A stretch of 64,000 nt of DNA from Eledone cirrhosa (GCA_964016885.1 CAXHJY010001044.1:15196-79195), one strand, 5' to 3'. Counted from the stretch's first letter, positions 32,939 to 46,325 are shown. Notes: a model not told the origin generated them from the sequence alone. Translations and numbers: made by a program.

Positions 32939-33112
32939 CATTTCACAATGCTTCAAGCAAACTTTAACACCCTCATATATATATGTATATATATATATAT
33001 ATGTGTATATATATATATATATATGTGTATATATATATATATATATTATATATATGTATATATATATATATGTGTATATATATATATATATGTGTATATA
33101 TATATATATGTG

Positions 33113-33145
<33 letters not shown>

Positions 33146-33149
33146 ATAC

Positions 33150-33330
33150 ACGCATAAAAACAAGCATGTAGGTGGCTGAAGACAAACGTGCTTTTCTTCC
33201 CATATCTTTTACTTTCTTACCATATCTCACTTTCTATCTTACTATTTATCCTTTTATTTCCCATTCTATTTTTGGGTGAAGGAGCAGTGTCTGAAACGTT
33301 AAGCCTTTTCCAGCTCTATCAATAATTAAA
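33150..33330 (+). mobile_element. Decayed PLE terminal fragment
   Basis: Pyrimidine-rich tract, then GGGTGAAGGAGCAGTGTCTGAAACGTT, resembling a decayed CTGANGA...GAAACGTT motif. Confidence 0.35.
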
Positions 33331-33786
33331 ACCTTTCCAAGTCAACAACAACGTAGGAGTGTTCTACGTGAGCAGCTTCTGTAGATTATGGCAAATATTT
33401 ATTAATCCATCTTCCAATGTATATTGTATAAGTGTTTCTTAGCTGTAACATTTTGCAGCTAATGTAATGATGTAAGGGAAGCTCTTTATAGAAGATTGAT
33501 GCGGGTTAATACTTAGATTAAAGAAGTTTATAGGAGTTACCGGATACATGAATAATAATATGACGAAGAAAAATTTAATTTAATGGACTGAATATGTCGT
33601 GCATTTTCTTTTACTTGGTTAGTATAGAGAATGGCTTACTAGCTCTATACGGACATTTAACTTGTTTAAATAAATAAATATATTGTTTCTTACTCCTCCA
33701 ACAATATACAGTTAATCTTGTGTGGTAAATATATCTATATATATATATATATCTATCTATATATATATATATATGTGTGTGTGTGA

Positions 33787-33937
33787 AGTAATTCCGTCGG
33801 AAAGGTCCAGGAAATAAGAGTGCTCTATGTAGGTTACAGAGCTTAATAGTTATGTAATAAACAACATAAGATAATTATTTCATTCACCAGTGGTTTCTTG
33901 AAAGCAAACAAATCTGCTTTCAGTCATCAGAATGAAA
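33787..33937 (-). mobile_element. PLE terminal module, same family as 34500-34776
   Basis: Shares AAGAGTGCTCTATGTA and the ATAATTA..TCATT.ACCAG.GGTTTC segment with 34541-34623. Contains an HHR. Confidence 0.75.
33878..33937 (-). ncRNA. Type I hammerhead ribozyme motif, cleavage triplet GUG (probably inactive)
   Basis: Minus: TTTCATT-CTGATGA-C-TGAAAGCA...TGCTTTCA-A-GAAACC-ACT-GGT-G-AATGAAA. Stem I is 7 bp, stem II 8 bp, stem III 3 bp. Confidence 0.8.
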
Positions 33938-34057
33938 AAAATCCTGGTGTTTTTATTTCACTCTATTTAGTTCTACACCTCGATACAGACGTGAACCTAA
34001 ACATCGACTGCTCCCCCGGGTGAACCTGCAGTAACTCCGCGTTACACTCCCTGGATA

Positions 34058-34189
<132 letters not shown>

Positions 34190-34499
34190 TGAGAGAATAT
34201 GCTCCGAAATCATTGGACGTGTCCGTCGAACCTGCGGGTCCAGAATCAAACAGATCCACACAATGATCGCGTCTCGAGCTGTCCGCCTGGAAAACAATCG
34301 TAACACAATAAATCGAGTTCAGATGCATCACAGATCTTTCGTTTTCGATTCTATCATACTCTGCTCTTTAAGAGCATAGAGTGCTCAACCGGCATACCGC
34401 CTATGGAAGCATCTTCGCTACCATCAGACACACACACACAACACACACACAACACACATGCACACACACATATATATAAACATATATATATATATATAT

Positions 34500-34776
34500 G
34501 TATTGAAATTTCCGTTGAAAACAGAAAAGGTCATAGAAGTGAAGAGTGCTCTATGTAAGTACCAGAGCAAAATTTAATGTATAAAACTCAATACAATATA
34601 ATTACCTCATTACCAGAGGTTTCCCGAATGAGGCGAATACGAAAGAAACGTCTTCATTCGTTCGTCAGACGAGGCAATATATCTGACGAACGAATGAAGA
34701 CGTTTCTTTCCTATTCGCCTCATTCGGGAAACCTCTGGTAATGAGGTAATTATATTGTATTGATTTTTATACATTA
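34500..34776 (-). mobile_element. PLE terminal module with inverted partial copy (95-bp arms, 12-bp spacer)
   Basis: Arms 34575-34669 and 34682-34776 have 2 mismatches. TA tracts on both flanks. Confidence 0.8.
34601..34678 (-). ncRNA. Type I hammerhead ribozyme, apparently intact
   Basis: Minus: ATTGCCTCGT-CTGACGA-A-CGAATGA...TCATTCG-G-GAAACC-TCT-GGT-A/ATGAGGTAAT. Stem I is 10 bp (2 G-U), stem II 7 bp, stem III 3 bp, with a GUA cleavage triplet. Confidence 0.85.
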
Positions 34777-35098
34777 TATATATATATATATACATACGAG
34801 GTCCGAACACAATGGAAACAAACTCCCATGGTCTTCGTCTTTCCGTCTCTCCCAATCTCTCAATATTATTAGCAAATAGGCGCCCAACTTTGGGAGGCAG
34901 GCGATGTATTGTTCTATAGAGAAGTGCATACAAAACTATATATTTTATGTTGGAAAATTTTGCTTGTGAAATTTCGTAGAAACTTCTATATTAGATCGAG
35001 TTGATTCGCTGTGGGAAGAGATAAGAGAGAAAGTATATAGAGGCAAATACTAAGATGGGAGAAGTATGTAGGAGGGAAGTTAGAGTTGAGAGAATAAT

Positions 35099-35267
35099 TG
35101 TTTCTACTTTAGGCACAAGGCCAGCAATTACGCAGTGTATTACTGACCCCGTAAGGATGAAAGGCAAAGTTAACCTCGGCGGGATTTGAACTCAGACCGT
35201 AAAGGGACGTAACTATGCTGGAAAGCATGGCGTCCGACTCTCTACCGATACTGCCAATCCACCGCCC
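35099..35267 (-). mobile_element. tRNA-derived SINE with 18-bp TSD
   Basis: A/B boxes and Meta-like core on the minus strand. TAGAGTTGAGAGAATAAT occurs at 35081-35098 and 35268-35285. Confidence 0.9.
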
Positions 35268-35451
35268 TAGAGTTGAGAGAATAATATTTAATGGTAAGTA
35301 GGGCGAGAGTGAGAGAGATATGGAAGAGGGGGGGGGAGTAGAGAATGTAAGAAAGTGTGAGTTGGGTGGAGAGGAAGGATCTTGGAGGAAGTAGTGTGAG
35401 GGGGAGATGTAATATTTTGTAGTAAGAAATAAGGCCGGTTGGTATAGAAGG

Positions 35452-35640
35452 GTAATGGTGTTAGTGGTGGTGGTAGGGGTGTTAGTTGTAGTGGTGTTCG
35501 TAGTAGTGGTAGTGGTGGTAGGGGTGTTAGTTGTAGTGTTGTTCGTAGTAGTGGTGGTAGTGGTAATGGTTGTAATGGTGGTGATGGTGATATTGGTGGT
35601 AGTGTTGGTAGTGGTATTGGTGGTGGCGGTGGTGGTTCTG
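35452..35640. repeat. GGT/AGT triplet low-complexity
   Basis: Direct inspection. Confidence 0.85.
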
Positions 35641-35925
35641 ATGCGGAGCAGGTCAAGTAAATTAAATCCATTTTTAGCACTTTTATTGTAGAGGGCATGA
35701 GTCACTAGGTCACGGTAATGGATCAGCAAACAATATTGTTATACGTAATATATACACATACATATATGATACATATAGATATATATGTGTTTGTGTATGT
35801 ATCTATTCATATGTATATATATATTATATATATATATATATATAATATGTGTGTTTGTGTATGTATATATTTATATATATATATTATATATATATATATA
35901 TAATATGTGTGTTTGTGTATGTATA

Positions 35926-35972
<47 letters not shown>

Positions 35973-36399
35973 TTGGTTCCTTAAAGTATTCTATGCTAAG
36001 CAATAAAACATGAGAGATGCCTGTGATATTGTATAGCTGGAGATCTAAAGTGTTTTTATCTATAGAAAAAAAAAGTCCAATCAATAAATGTACCGTCCAA
36101 TAAATGTCTAACATTTCTCCAGCAATCTCAGTATTGTTTATTTCTAATATTGACTGAGAGCCATAGATTCCTGAGTAGGGGCACAGTCGATTAAATTTTG
36201 ATAGTACACATTTATCGATACCAACAATCACGAAAGCCAATTGGTGATCCCGAAGGGATTTGAAATCAAAACATAAATTGTTGTAATTAAAAATACCCGC
36301 TAGTCATTTAATTTGGCACTCTACCGATTCTGCTTCCTCATCCATCCTAATATATATATATTTTTTATCTTTGTACTATTAATGTCTAATGCAGACACA

Positions 36400-36560
36400 A
36401 AGTCGGCAAATTGGCAGAGTCGTTAGAGCGTTCGATAGATTAACATGAGGTCTTAGTTTTGTCTGTCTATACTCTACACTCAAGTCTTCGTTTTTACCCT
36501 TTCGCTGTATTTTGGTGTCGATTAATAAAGAAACTGTCCAGGGTTGTAAATTGGCGAAAT
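36400..36560 (+). mobile_element. Degenerate SINE
   Basis: TGGCAGAGTCGTTAGAGCG head and remnants of the core. Confidence 0.5.
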
Positions 36561-37053
36561 ATGAAGAGCATCGGATGTGATTCATTGTGCCTAGTTTGGA
36601 TATTTATTTTCTTAGTTGAAATTCCGTCTAGGGGCAAAGATCCAAATCAATCGATACCAATACTTCAGTTTATTCCATCGTCCATGGGATAATGAAACAT
36701 AATGTGGACATTATCGGGACTTGAACTGTAATTGTAAATTACTACCACAAAGCAACACATGAGAAATAATGTATCAACCCCGGATAGATTGAAATAGACT
36801 TAGCTGTCGGCAAAATACGAAGTCAGTCTAGAATATAGAAAAGTTGTTTAAGCGATGTTTAAAGGCGATTCGTTCCAAACTCAGGAAACTCGATTAAACA
36901 AACCAGTCAGTTATCTTTCTCGGGTTAATAACATAAGAAATATTTCCGAAATGGAGTGCTACTGGTTGATGGTGAGTCTGAAAGAGAGATAAGAAAGCGA
37001 GGGGAAAAAGAGAGCAATCGTTGTAATGACCGGACTGGTATTAATTAATGAAA

Positions 37054-37237
37054 TTGGCTATTGGCAGTATCGGTAGAGGGTCGGACGCTATGCTTTGACG
37101 CATAGAGTTACGGCCCTTGCCATTCTAAGTTCAAATCCTGCCGAGGTTAATTTTGCCTTTCATCCTTACGGGGTCGATAGAATAAAGTACCAGTAATGCA
37201 CTGGGTAATTGCTGGCCTTGTGCCAAAAGTAGAAACA
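37054..37237 (+). mobile_element. tRNA-derived SINE with 14-bp TSD
   Basis: TGGCAGTATCGGTAG, GTTCAAATCC, core, tail AGAAACAATT. ATTAATTAATGAAA occurs at 37040-37053 and 37238-37251. Confidence 0.9.
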
Positions 37238-37808
37238 ATTAATTAATGAAACAAAAAAGAATGATGGTAAATTAGGCCTGAACAGAATCTCAAGTCTGAA
37301 TATGACATTGATAAAAAACAAGCAATTCTATGAGAGCCGTATATTATACAAGACATGCCATATACATATTCAACTTAGAAAGACATTTCAAAACAAAGAC
37401 AGAAGAGATACTAGTATGTTAAGACATTGAATACGTCACAGATAAAAAGTGCACATCTACGACATCAGATTTAATTTAAGATGTTATCGAATTTTCGATT
37501 TAAATTCGGAAAATTGTCGATACACACATAAAAAGAAGAGACGTTTCTTATTTGATATATACTGTTTCTTGTTTTTTGCGGTTTAAAGAATATTCATGAA
37601 AAAGTATCTCAGAAAGAATGGAGAAATGCCAGCAGTTTCGTTTTATTTTTCTACAATAAGATGAACTAATAAAGATTCAATGTAAATTCTGTATCAATTG
37701 TTTTGTTTTGATGTGGAAACAACTGAGTGGAAAACAGAGAAAGGTAATTAAAGGAAATAAGATTATATGTGTGTAGGTGTATGTAGTCATCTCTCTCTCT
37801 CTCTCTCT

Positions 37809-38000
37809 GTATGTATGTATGTATGTATGTATGTATGTATGTATGTATGTATGTATGTATGTATGTATGTATGTATGTATGTATGTATGTATGTATGTAT
37901 GTATGTATGTATGTATGTATGTATGTATGTATGTATGTATGTATGTATGTATGTATGTATGTATGTATGTATGTATGTATGTATGTATGTATGTATGTAT
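37809..38000. repeat. Perfect (TATG)n, ~48 units
   Basis: Direct inspection. Confidence 0.97.
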
Positions 38001-38679
38001 GGGTGGTGCTATCAAGTTAAGCATGAAAATATCAAGTTAAACATGCAATTCTGCTCGAAACATATATATATATATATATATATATATGTGAATTAACGTG
38101 ACGACATGGGTTGGTTACATAATCGTATTTATTGGATAATACGTATTTTGGTGATACCAGTGTATGCAATTATGTGATAACAACTAATGATGTCACAACT
38201 GTAACATTTGCTGTTGTAATGATTGCATAGCACCGGTAACCTGGTGTCGCTGAAATACATTTTATGAAATAATGACGATTATGGAAACATGTGTCTTAAC
38301 GTTAATTCATACATACAACACAATCATTGCCGCATTTAGTTTATGACTTTCTACGTTCTGAGTTAAAATCCCACCGAGATAAAATATGTACCAGTTTTGT
38401 ACTGGCGTTGATACAATCGACTTTCTCTTTTTTCCTAAACTGTTGTCCTTGTACTTATGTTAAAAATACTTATTTGTTTAAAACTTCATTTATATTCCGT
38501 CTGCTTCATATTTAGATAACAGAATGTAAAGAAATAGAAATGTTAGTCAAATATAGCAAAGCAATAAATACAGAAATATATGATATAAAAAGATATATAT
38601 TTATAATATTTGTTATATCTCCCAACTAATCCATGTTTCCGTCGAGGCAATATAAATGTTAGAAACATAATATTAATGT

Positions 38680-38885
38680 TGCTTTCTAATTTTAACACAA
38701 GACCAGAATTTATTTTCTAGAGACAGGAAATTCGATTATATCGACCCCAGTACTTGACTTGGTATTTTATTTTATTGAACCCAGAAGGATGAAAGGTAAA
38801 GTTGACTCGGTGGGATTAGGATTGAGTATGTAATGAGTTGGAATAAATACAGGGATGTATTTTTCTCCGATACACTAACGACTTT
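38680..38885 (-). mobile_element. Degenerate SINE (Meta-like core)
   Basis: TCGACCCCAGTAC...GAAGGATGAAAGGTAAAGTTGACTCGG is the reverse complement of the core. Confidence 0.7.
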
Positions 38886-39747
38886 GGTGTGAATCTATCG
38901 ACATTTCCATTCCAATAGTAATAACAGTTTTGTCTATACTAGTTTCCTTAACGAGGTACTGTTCTAGTATGGTTGTCTGATATGTTAAGTTCACAGAACT
39001 TCAACGTGTGTCTAATAAAACTCCCAACCACCCTACTAACCACATGCCATTACTTTTATTGAAATTAAACGTTGCAGATCCAAATCTTCTGCAGAACTGT
39101 TTTATACACGTCTTTTGACCGCTAATAATAATAATACTAATAATAATTGAAGAAAAAGAACAGTAACAACATCAACAACAATATCTCAGTTAATCTGTCT
39201 TTACTTTCCTTTACTTTATATATATATATTATTTTATTTTTTTATCTTACTTAATCACTAAGTGTATGAAATATCAACAGACAAAATATAAAAGGAATTG
39301 CTGCCTTTGAATTAATTTGTCTCATATGATTTGTTTCCCTTCAAGACAGGAAACGAGGAGGTATTCATTAATAAAGATTACCATATGAAAATATTTCTAG
39401 AATCAAACAAATTCAAATTTGTTTATCTTTAATATTTATAGATGTGTCCGTTTATTTGAAGTAGTAGAGTTTCTACTAACAAACTAAGTCGTTTAACTGC
39501 TTTTTATAGAGTTTATGTTGATGAGTTGGTTTTGCAATGAAAAAAAGAAAAGTCGTTATAAGTTTTGTTACATAAATCTGAAAATCTGATTGGAAACGTA
39601 GAAATGTTTTTGTTGTTGTTGTTGTTGCTGTTGTAAACAGACGACATGTCTACCTTCCGATATCCATATATACAGGAGGGGTTTCTGCACAGTAACCATC
39701 TAATAAATCCCACATGTAAATATTTAAGGTATTAAATTGTCCAAACA

Positions 39748-40695
39748 CAATGGTAGTGTATACACCCGCAATGGTAGTGTATACACCCGCAATGGTAGTG
39801 TATACACCCGCAATGGTAGTGTATACACCCCCAATGGTAGTGTATACACCCGCAATGGTAGTGTATACACCCGCAATGGTAGTGTATACACCCCCAATGG
39901 TAGTGTATACACCCCCAATGGTAGTGTATACACCCGCAATGGTAGTGTATACACCCGCAATGGTAGTGTATACACCCCCAATGGTAGTGTATACACCCGC
40001 AATGGTAGTGTATACACCCGCAATGGTAGTGTATACACCCCAATGGTAGTGTATACACCCGCAATGGTAGTGTATACACCCCCAATGGTAGTGTATACAC
40101 CCGCAATGGTAGTGTATACACCCGCAATGGTAGTGTATACACCCGCAATGGTAGTGTATACACCCGCAATGGTAGTGTATACACCCGCAATGGTAGTGTA
40201 TACACCCCCAATGGTAGTGTATACACCCGCAATGGTAGTGTATACACCCGCAATGGTAGTGTATACACCCCCAATGGTAGTGTATACACACCCAATGGTA
40301 GTGTATACACCCCCAATGGTAGTGTATACACCCGCAATGGTAGTGTATACACCCGCAATGGTAGTGTATACACCCGCAATGGTAGTGTATACACCCCCAA
40401 TGGTAGTGTATACACCCGCAATGGTAGTGTATACACCCGCAATGGTAGTGTATACACCCGCAATGGTAGTGTATACACCCGCAATGGTAGTGTATACACC
40501 CGCAATGGTAGTGTATACACCCCCAATGGTAGTGTATACACCCGCAATGGTAGTATATACACCCGCAATGGTAGTGTATACACCCCCAATGGTAGTGTAT
40601 ACACCCGCAATGGTAGTGTATACACCCGCAATGGTAGTGTATACACCCGCAATGGTAGTGTATACACCCCCAATGGTAGTGTATACACACCCAAT
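39748..40695 (+). repeat. 21-bp minisatellite CAATGGTAGTGTATACACCC(G/C), ~45 units
   Basis: Head-to-tail units without spacers. Internal palindrome GTGTATACAC. Confidence 0.97.
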
Positions 40696-40850
40696 AGACT
40701 AACAGCAGGAACCGTGTGTTGTGACAACAGCAACCTTCAGAGTTCAGGTTGTTGCTCTATGTTGTACACATCATTATCAATAACTATATACACACGTGTA
40801 TATAGTTATGTATGAACATATATTTCGTTCTGTGTGTGCGCGTGTATATG

Positions 40851-40893
<43 letters not shown>

Positions 40894-40940
40894 ACTTCAG
40901 AAATAGTACAGAGGAGGATATATATAATATATATATAGAA

Positions 40941-40982
<42 letters not shown>

Positions 40983-41246
40983 ACGCACACGCACGCACGC
41001 GCACGCACGCGCACACGCACACGCACACGCACACGCACACGCACACATGTGAAGCCACTTCAGACATAGTACATAGGAGGAGATAAGTCAATCGATAAAA
41101 CAAACATCAAACATAAACATTGTAAGAACATTTGACCTCGGAAGAAAGAAATAATGACACAGAATTATACAAAAATATAGCAAAAATTTATAAATAACAA
41201 ACATACATAACTAAAAAAACCCAGACATTTACACACACACACACAC

Positions 41247-41282
<36 letters not shown>

Positions 41283-41297
41283 GTGTGTGTGTATTTC

Positions 41298-41328
<31 letters not shown>

Positions 41329-41383
41329 ATATATATATATATACATATATATGTGTATATATATATATATACATATATATGTG

Positions 41384-41419
<36 letters not shown>

Positions 41420-42532
41420 TATATATGTGTATATATATATATATGTATATATATAAAGCATAAATATAAAATAAAGAAAAATATTAAATAAATTATTTCT
41501 GGATGTCTTTTTATTTTGTTTAGACACACACACATACACACACACATACACGCACACATACACGCACACACGCACAAACACACACAAACACATACACGCA
41601 CACACATACACGCACAAAGACACACACACACACATACACGCGCACGTACACGCACATGTACTGGTTGGTTTGAGTGGGTGAGATTGCAGTGATATAAGCA
41701 CGTGTACATGTGTGATACGGCAGCAGTGTGCTGATCTGTGTGTATGTATGTTGATATATATATACATGTCAACGTGATGTTTATGTGTTGATCTGTGCGT
41801 ATATGTGTTGATGTATATATATATATATATATATATATTAATGTGTATGTATATATAATGATGTGTTTATGTATATGTGGAGGCTGTGTATATTCTATGT
41901 ATATATTGATGTCTGTGAGTGTGAGTAGGTGTATAGCATATTGTTGATATGTGTGTGGGGATGTATGTGGCTGTGCTGTTGTATGAGTGTATGTTTATGT
42001 GGTGCTGTGTATGTGTGTAGTTCTGTGCTGCTGTGTGTGTGTGTAGTTGTGTGGTGCTGTGTATGTGTACATGTGTTTATATGGAACGTTTTGTTATTGT
42101 GAGGCGCTGTGCTGTTGTATGAGTGTATGTTTATGTGGTGCTATGTGTGTGTGTGTAGTTGTGTGGTACTGAGTGTGTGTGTGTGTAGTTGTGTGATACT
42201 GTGTGTGTGTGTGTGTTCATTTGTTTTTCTAGTGTTGTCTTGGTATTGTGTGTGTGTTTGTGAGCTTGTATATGTGTGTGTGTGTGTGTGTGTGTGCGAT
42301 GTTGTACGTGGGTTGAGATAATTAAAATACGTTTTTGTGGTGGTGTAGTGTGGTGGTGGGCGTAGTGGTGTAGTGTGGTGGTGTGGTGTGGTGTAGGGTG
42401 GTGGTGTAGTGTGGTGGGTAGTCATGGGTGAGATGTTCAGCTCTGTGTGTATATGTGGTTTTGCATTTCTGTGAATAAATTCTTGTGAGGCTTGCGATAA
42501 ATTTGGTATCGTTTACGAAACACTACCCCCTC

Positions 42533-42568
<36 letters not shown>

Positions 42569-42601
42569 CTTACATATGTCTATACATACATGCAGACACT
42601 C

Positions 42602-42643
<42 letters not shown>

Positions 42644-42798
42644 GAGTGTCTGCATATATGTATAAACATACGTAAGTATGTGTGTATGCGTGAGATGGTA
42701 AATATATCAATGTATGTGTGTGAAAAATCCTACAGATAGCAACACCAACTCACAAATGAGGTTACATAATACAATATATATATATATATATATATATA

Positions 42799-43915
42799 GT
42801 TAGAGAAGCAAAAAATTGCTTATTGTGATCCAGTTCGTGGTTAATAAAACCAATTTCATGGTTGGTTTCAACGTACGGTTAGGGGTAACTCCCCAAGTTT
42901 GTAAGAATTCCGTTCAATCTTGGAGTATAAAGTATAAAAGAGAAAACACAGGTAAGCATTAAGAGAAGGATTTTATCCAGGTATTTACGACCGTTTCATT
43001 GGTAAGTGCAACCTTATATTGCTATACTGCAAATAGCAGCCACTCAATTATAATTGTTGTTCACAGTCCAAATTTTCAAAATAGTGAGTAAGTTACTCTT
43101 CAAATAATTCTTAATATATAGAGAAAAACATTTATTTGGAATTGTATTTACTAGTATATAGAGAGAGGAATCAGGTGAGGGGACAAATGGAATAGTATAG
43201 AGAGAGAGGAAGGGAGAGGAGGTAGGAAGTAGAGTGACAAACTGAGATGGAGGGAGAGGTAGAGGTGGAAGGATTCTTTGGTTCGTTTTGATAGCAGACT
43301 TCATGTCGTGGAATGTAGTGAGTTAAAGAGAATTAAATTGATCATAGTGGGAGGGGTAGATAGAGAGGGAGAGAGAGAGGGGGAGATATAAAGAGATAAA
43401 TATATATACATATATATATATAAAAAATAAATAAATAAAGATAATAATGACAAAAATAAAAGCAAAGAAGGGGGTGAGAAAGAAGAAAAGAAAAGATAGC
43501 CAAGAAGGGGAGGGAAGGAAGGAAGAAAACGAAGAAATAGAAGAGGAATGAGAGAGAAGAGAGAGATATATGCATTGGTTTTGTGGGTAATTAAAAGGGT
43601 TTAGATACAACAAGAGGGTATAAAGTCTAAGTATATGCAGATTGTCAGTTGGTAGTAAGAGGTTAAGGGTTCGATTTGTAGTGCGAAAACTTCTTTGAGT
43701 TACAATAAATTGATCTTTCGATTTTATTGTTGAGTAACTTATTCTTCGAACTCAAGATGTGGAACAGCTCAAGGTCGCATAATCGACAGCTTCTCATACC
43801 ACTCCGATATGGGGGCGCGTTCGATAATTTTTTCCACTTCAGGGTGTATTGATGGTTACTTTCCCTCAGTTGCCAGGTCTTGTTTGCAAGGGTAGTTACA
43901 TAACGATGCTGCACT
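42799..43915 (-). mobile_element. 3' portion of a Penelope-like retroelement (ORF end, pyrimidine-rich UTR, decayed HHR, tail)
   Basis: GIY-YIG C-terminal remnant followed on the same strand by TATT-TTGAAAA-TTTGG...CCAAT-GAAACGGTCGTA-AATA (43083-42982). Ends in (TA)n. Confidence 0.75.
43663..43914 (-). pseudogene. Penelope-like GIY-YIG endonuclease C-terminal remnant
   Basis: TTLANKTWQLRE...TLKWKKLSNAPPY...CRLCDLELFHI...LLNNKIE...C..KKF matches the PLE pattern T.LS..W.LK...I.W.I...A..Y...C.LCL.EK..I...LLN.R.E...C.H..KF. Confidence 0.85.
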
Positions 43916-44311
43916 GTCCACTACACGGTCCACCCTCACTCACGCCAAATCATATAATAGGTTATAACACCATATAATTCTCTACCACTTTTAATATTTC
44001 CATAACACAGTTAAATGACGAAAATATTTATTTGAACAACATATTATGCTGACCAGGACTACCATGTTGCTTGTTTATTTCCTTTCTTTGGTTTGCTTTT
44101 ATCCTTCTATGTTGTTCACTTGTCCCCCTCGCTTTACACGATTTACTGGTCCCAATAACTTTTTTTAGTTATTACTCGCACCAACCTGAGGTATCTGATT
44201 TTTAATGCGATGAAATACTAATGATGGTCGGAAAATCACTGACGAAGGACTATTTTTATCATATGTAACCTATGTGCAACCACGCAGTATTCTTCTTTCT
44301 GCTCATGTTTT

Positions 44312-44342
<31 letters not shown>

Positions 44343-44434
44343 CTATATCTATATATATATAGATATCTCTCTCTCTCTCTCTCTTTTATATATATATATA
44401 TAGAGATAGATAGATATAGATATATACATACACG

Positions 44435-44471
<37 letters not shown>

Positions 44472-44874
44472 ATATACATAAATTGAGTAAAAAGAAAATA
44501 CAATAGACGCAAACATGAGAGAGAAAGAGACAGGAAATTACAAGTTCTATTGAAATCGTAGCTAAAGCATATAAAGACCACGTGACATATCTTGTGAATT
44601 ACTGTATGTATATGTAGTGAATCATTCCCATTACATATATATATGCTCATTATAGAATATGTCACCATATAGAGATTACTGCAATATATATATATATGTT
44701 TATGTATGTATGCGAATGTATGCATGTATATGTATGTATATATATGTATATATATGTATATATATTTATATACAGAGGTGGTCTGTGGTGGAAATCATGA
44801 GCAGAAACCACAGGTGTTCCAGGTTGAATATATATATATTTATATATATTTATATATATATATTTATATATATA

Positions 44875-44918
<44 letters not shown>

Positions 44919-45244
44919 TATATATATAAATATATATATATATTTATATATATTTATATATATATATTTATATATATATATGTGTATATATATTTATATA
45001 TATATATATACACACACCGAGACAGAGAGATTATCATGGGGTCACATTGACGAATCTGCAGCATCCACATCCACTCACACACACACATAGAGGCCATGAG
45101 GGTGTCGTTATGATTCAAAGACATTTAAAGAGACTTTAAAATATAGACGTTTGAAAGTTGAACATCGCAAGAATACATACATACTGATAAACAAACACAC
45201 TTGCAGTCTAATATATCTAGGCTCACACACACACATATATATAG

Positions 45245-46293
45245 TATATATATATATATATAATGTATATATATATATATATATAATGTATATATATATA
45301 TATATATAATGTATATATATATATATATATATAATGTATGTATATATATATATATAATGTATGTATATATATATATATAATGTATATATATATATATATA
45401 TAATGTATATATATATATATATATAATGTATATATATATATATATATAATGTATATATATATATATATATAATGTATATATATATATATATAATGTATAT
45501 ATATATATATATAATGTATATATATATATATATAATGTATATATATATATATATAATGTATATATATATATATATATAATGTATATATATAATGTATATA
45601 TATATATATATATAATGTATATATATATATATATAATGTATATATATATATATATAATGTATATATATATATATATATAATGTATATATATATATAATGT
45701 ATATATATATATAATGTATATATATATATATAATGTATATATAATGTATATATATATATATAATGTATATATATATATATATATAATATATATATATATA
45801 TAATGTATATATATATATATATAATGTATATATATATATATAATGTATATATATATATATATAATGTATATATATATATATAATGTATATATATATATAT
45901 ATATAATGTATATATATATATATATATAATGTATATATATATATATATATAATGTATATATATATATATATATAATGTATATATATATATATATATAATG
46001 TATATATATATATATATAATGTATATATATATATATATATAATGTATATATATATATATATATAATGTATATATATATATATATATAATGTATATATATA
46101 TATATATATATAATGTATATATATATATATATATAATGTCTATATATATATATATATATAATGTCTATATATATATATATATATAATGTATATATATATA
46201 TATATATAATGTCTATATATATATATATAATGTCTATATATATATATATAATGTCTATATATATATATATAATGTCTATATATATATATATAA

Positions 46294-46325
<32 letters not shown>

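Noticed and set aside
34795-34935. TACGAGG mariner-like TIR start
   Set aside because: No matching second TIR and no convincing transposase motif.
35640-35729. IHYRDL as a kinase catalytic loop
   Set aside because: Spacing is wrong, there is no downstream Asn motif, and it runs into a triplet repeat.
39748-40695. CRISPR-like array or CIHYHCG metal-binding repeat protein
   Set aside because: No unique spacers, no cas genes, eukaryotic context; open in several frames and broken by a 1-nt deletion.
43281-43304. SECIS-like ATGA-N11-AAAA downstream of the PLE ORF (minus)
   Set aside because: No complementary 3' helix or GA quartet follows, and the remnant has no in-frame TGA.
44238-44300. CTGACGAAGG possible HHR start
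   Set aside because: No GAAA or stem III downstream before the TA tract.
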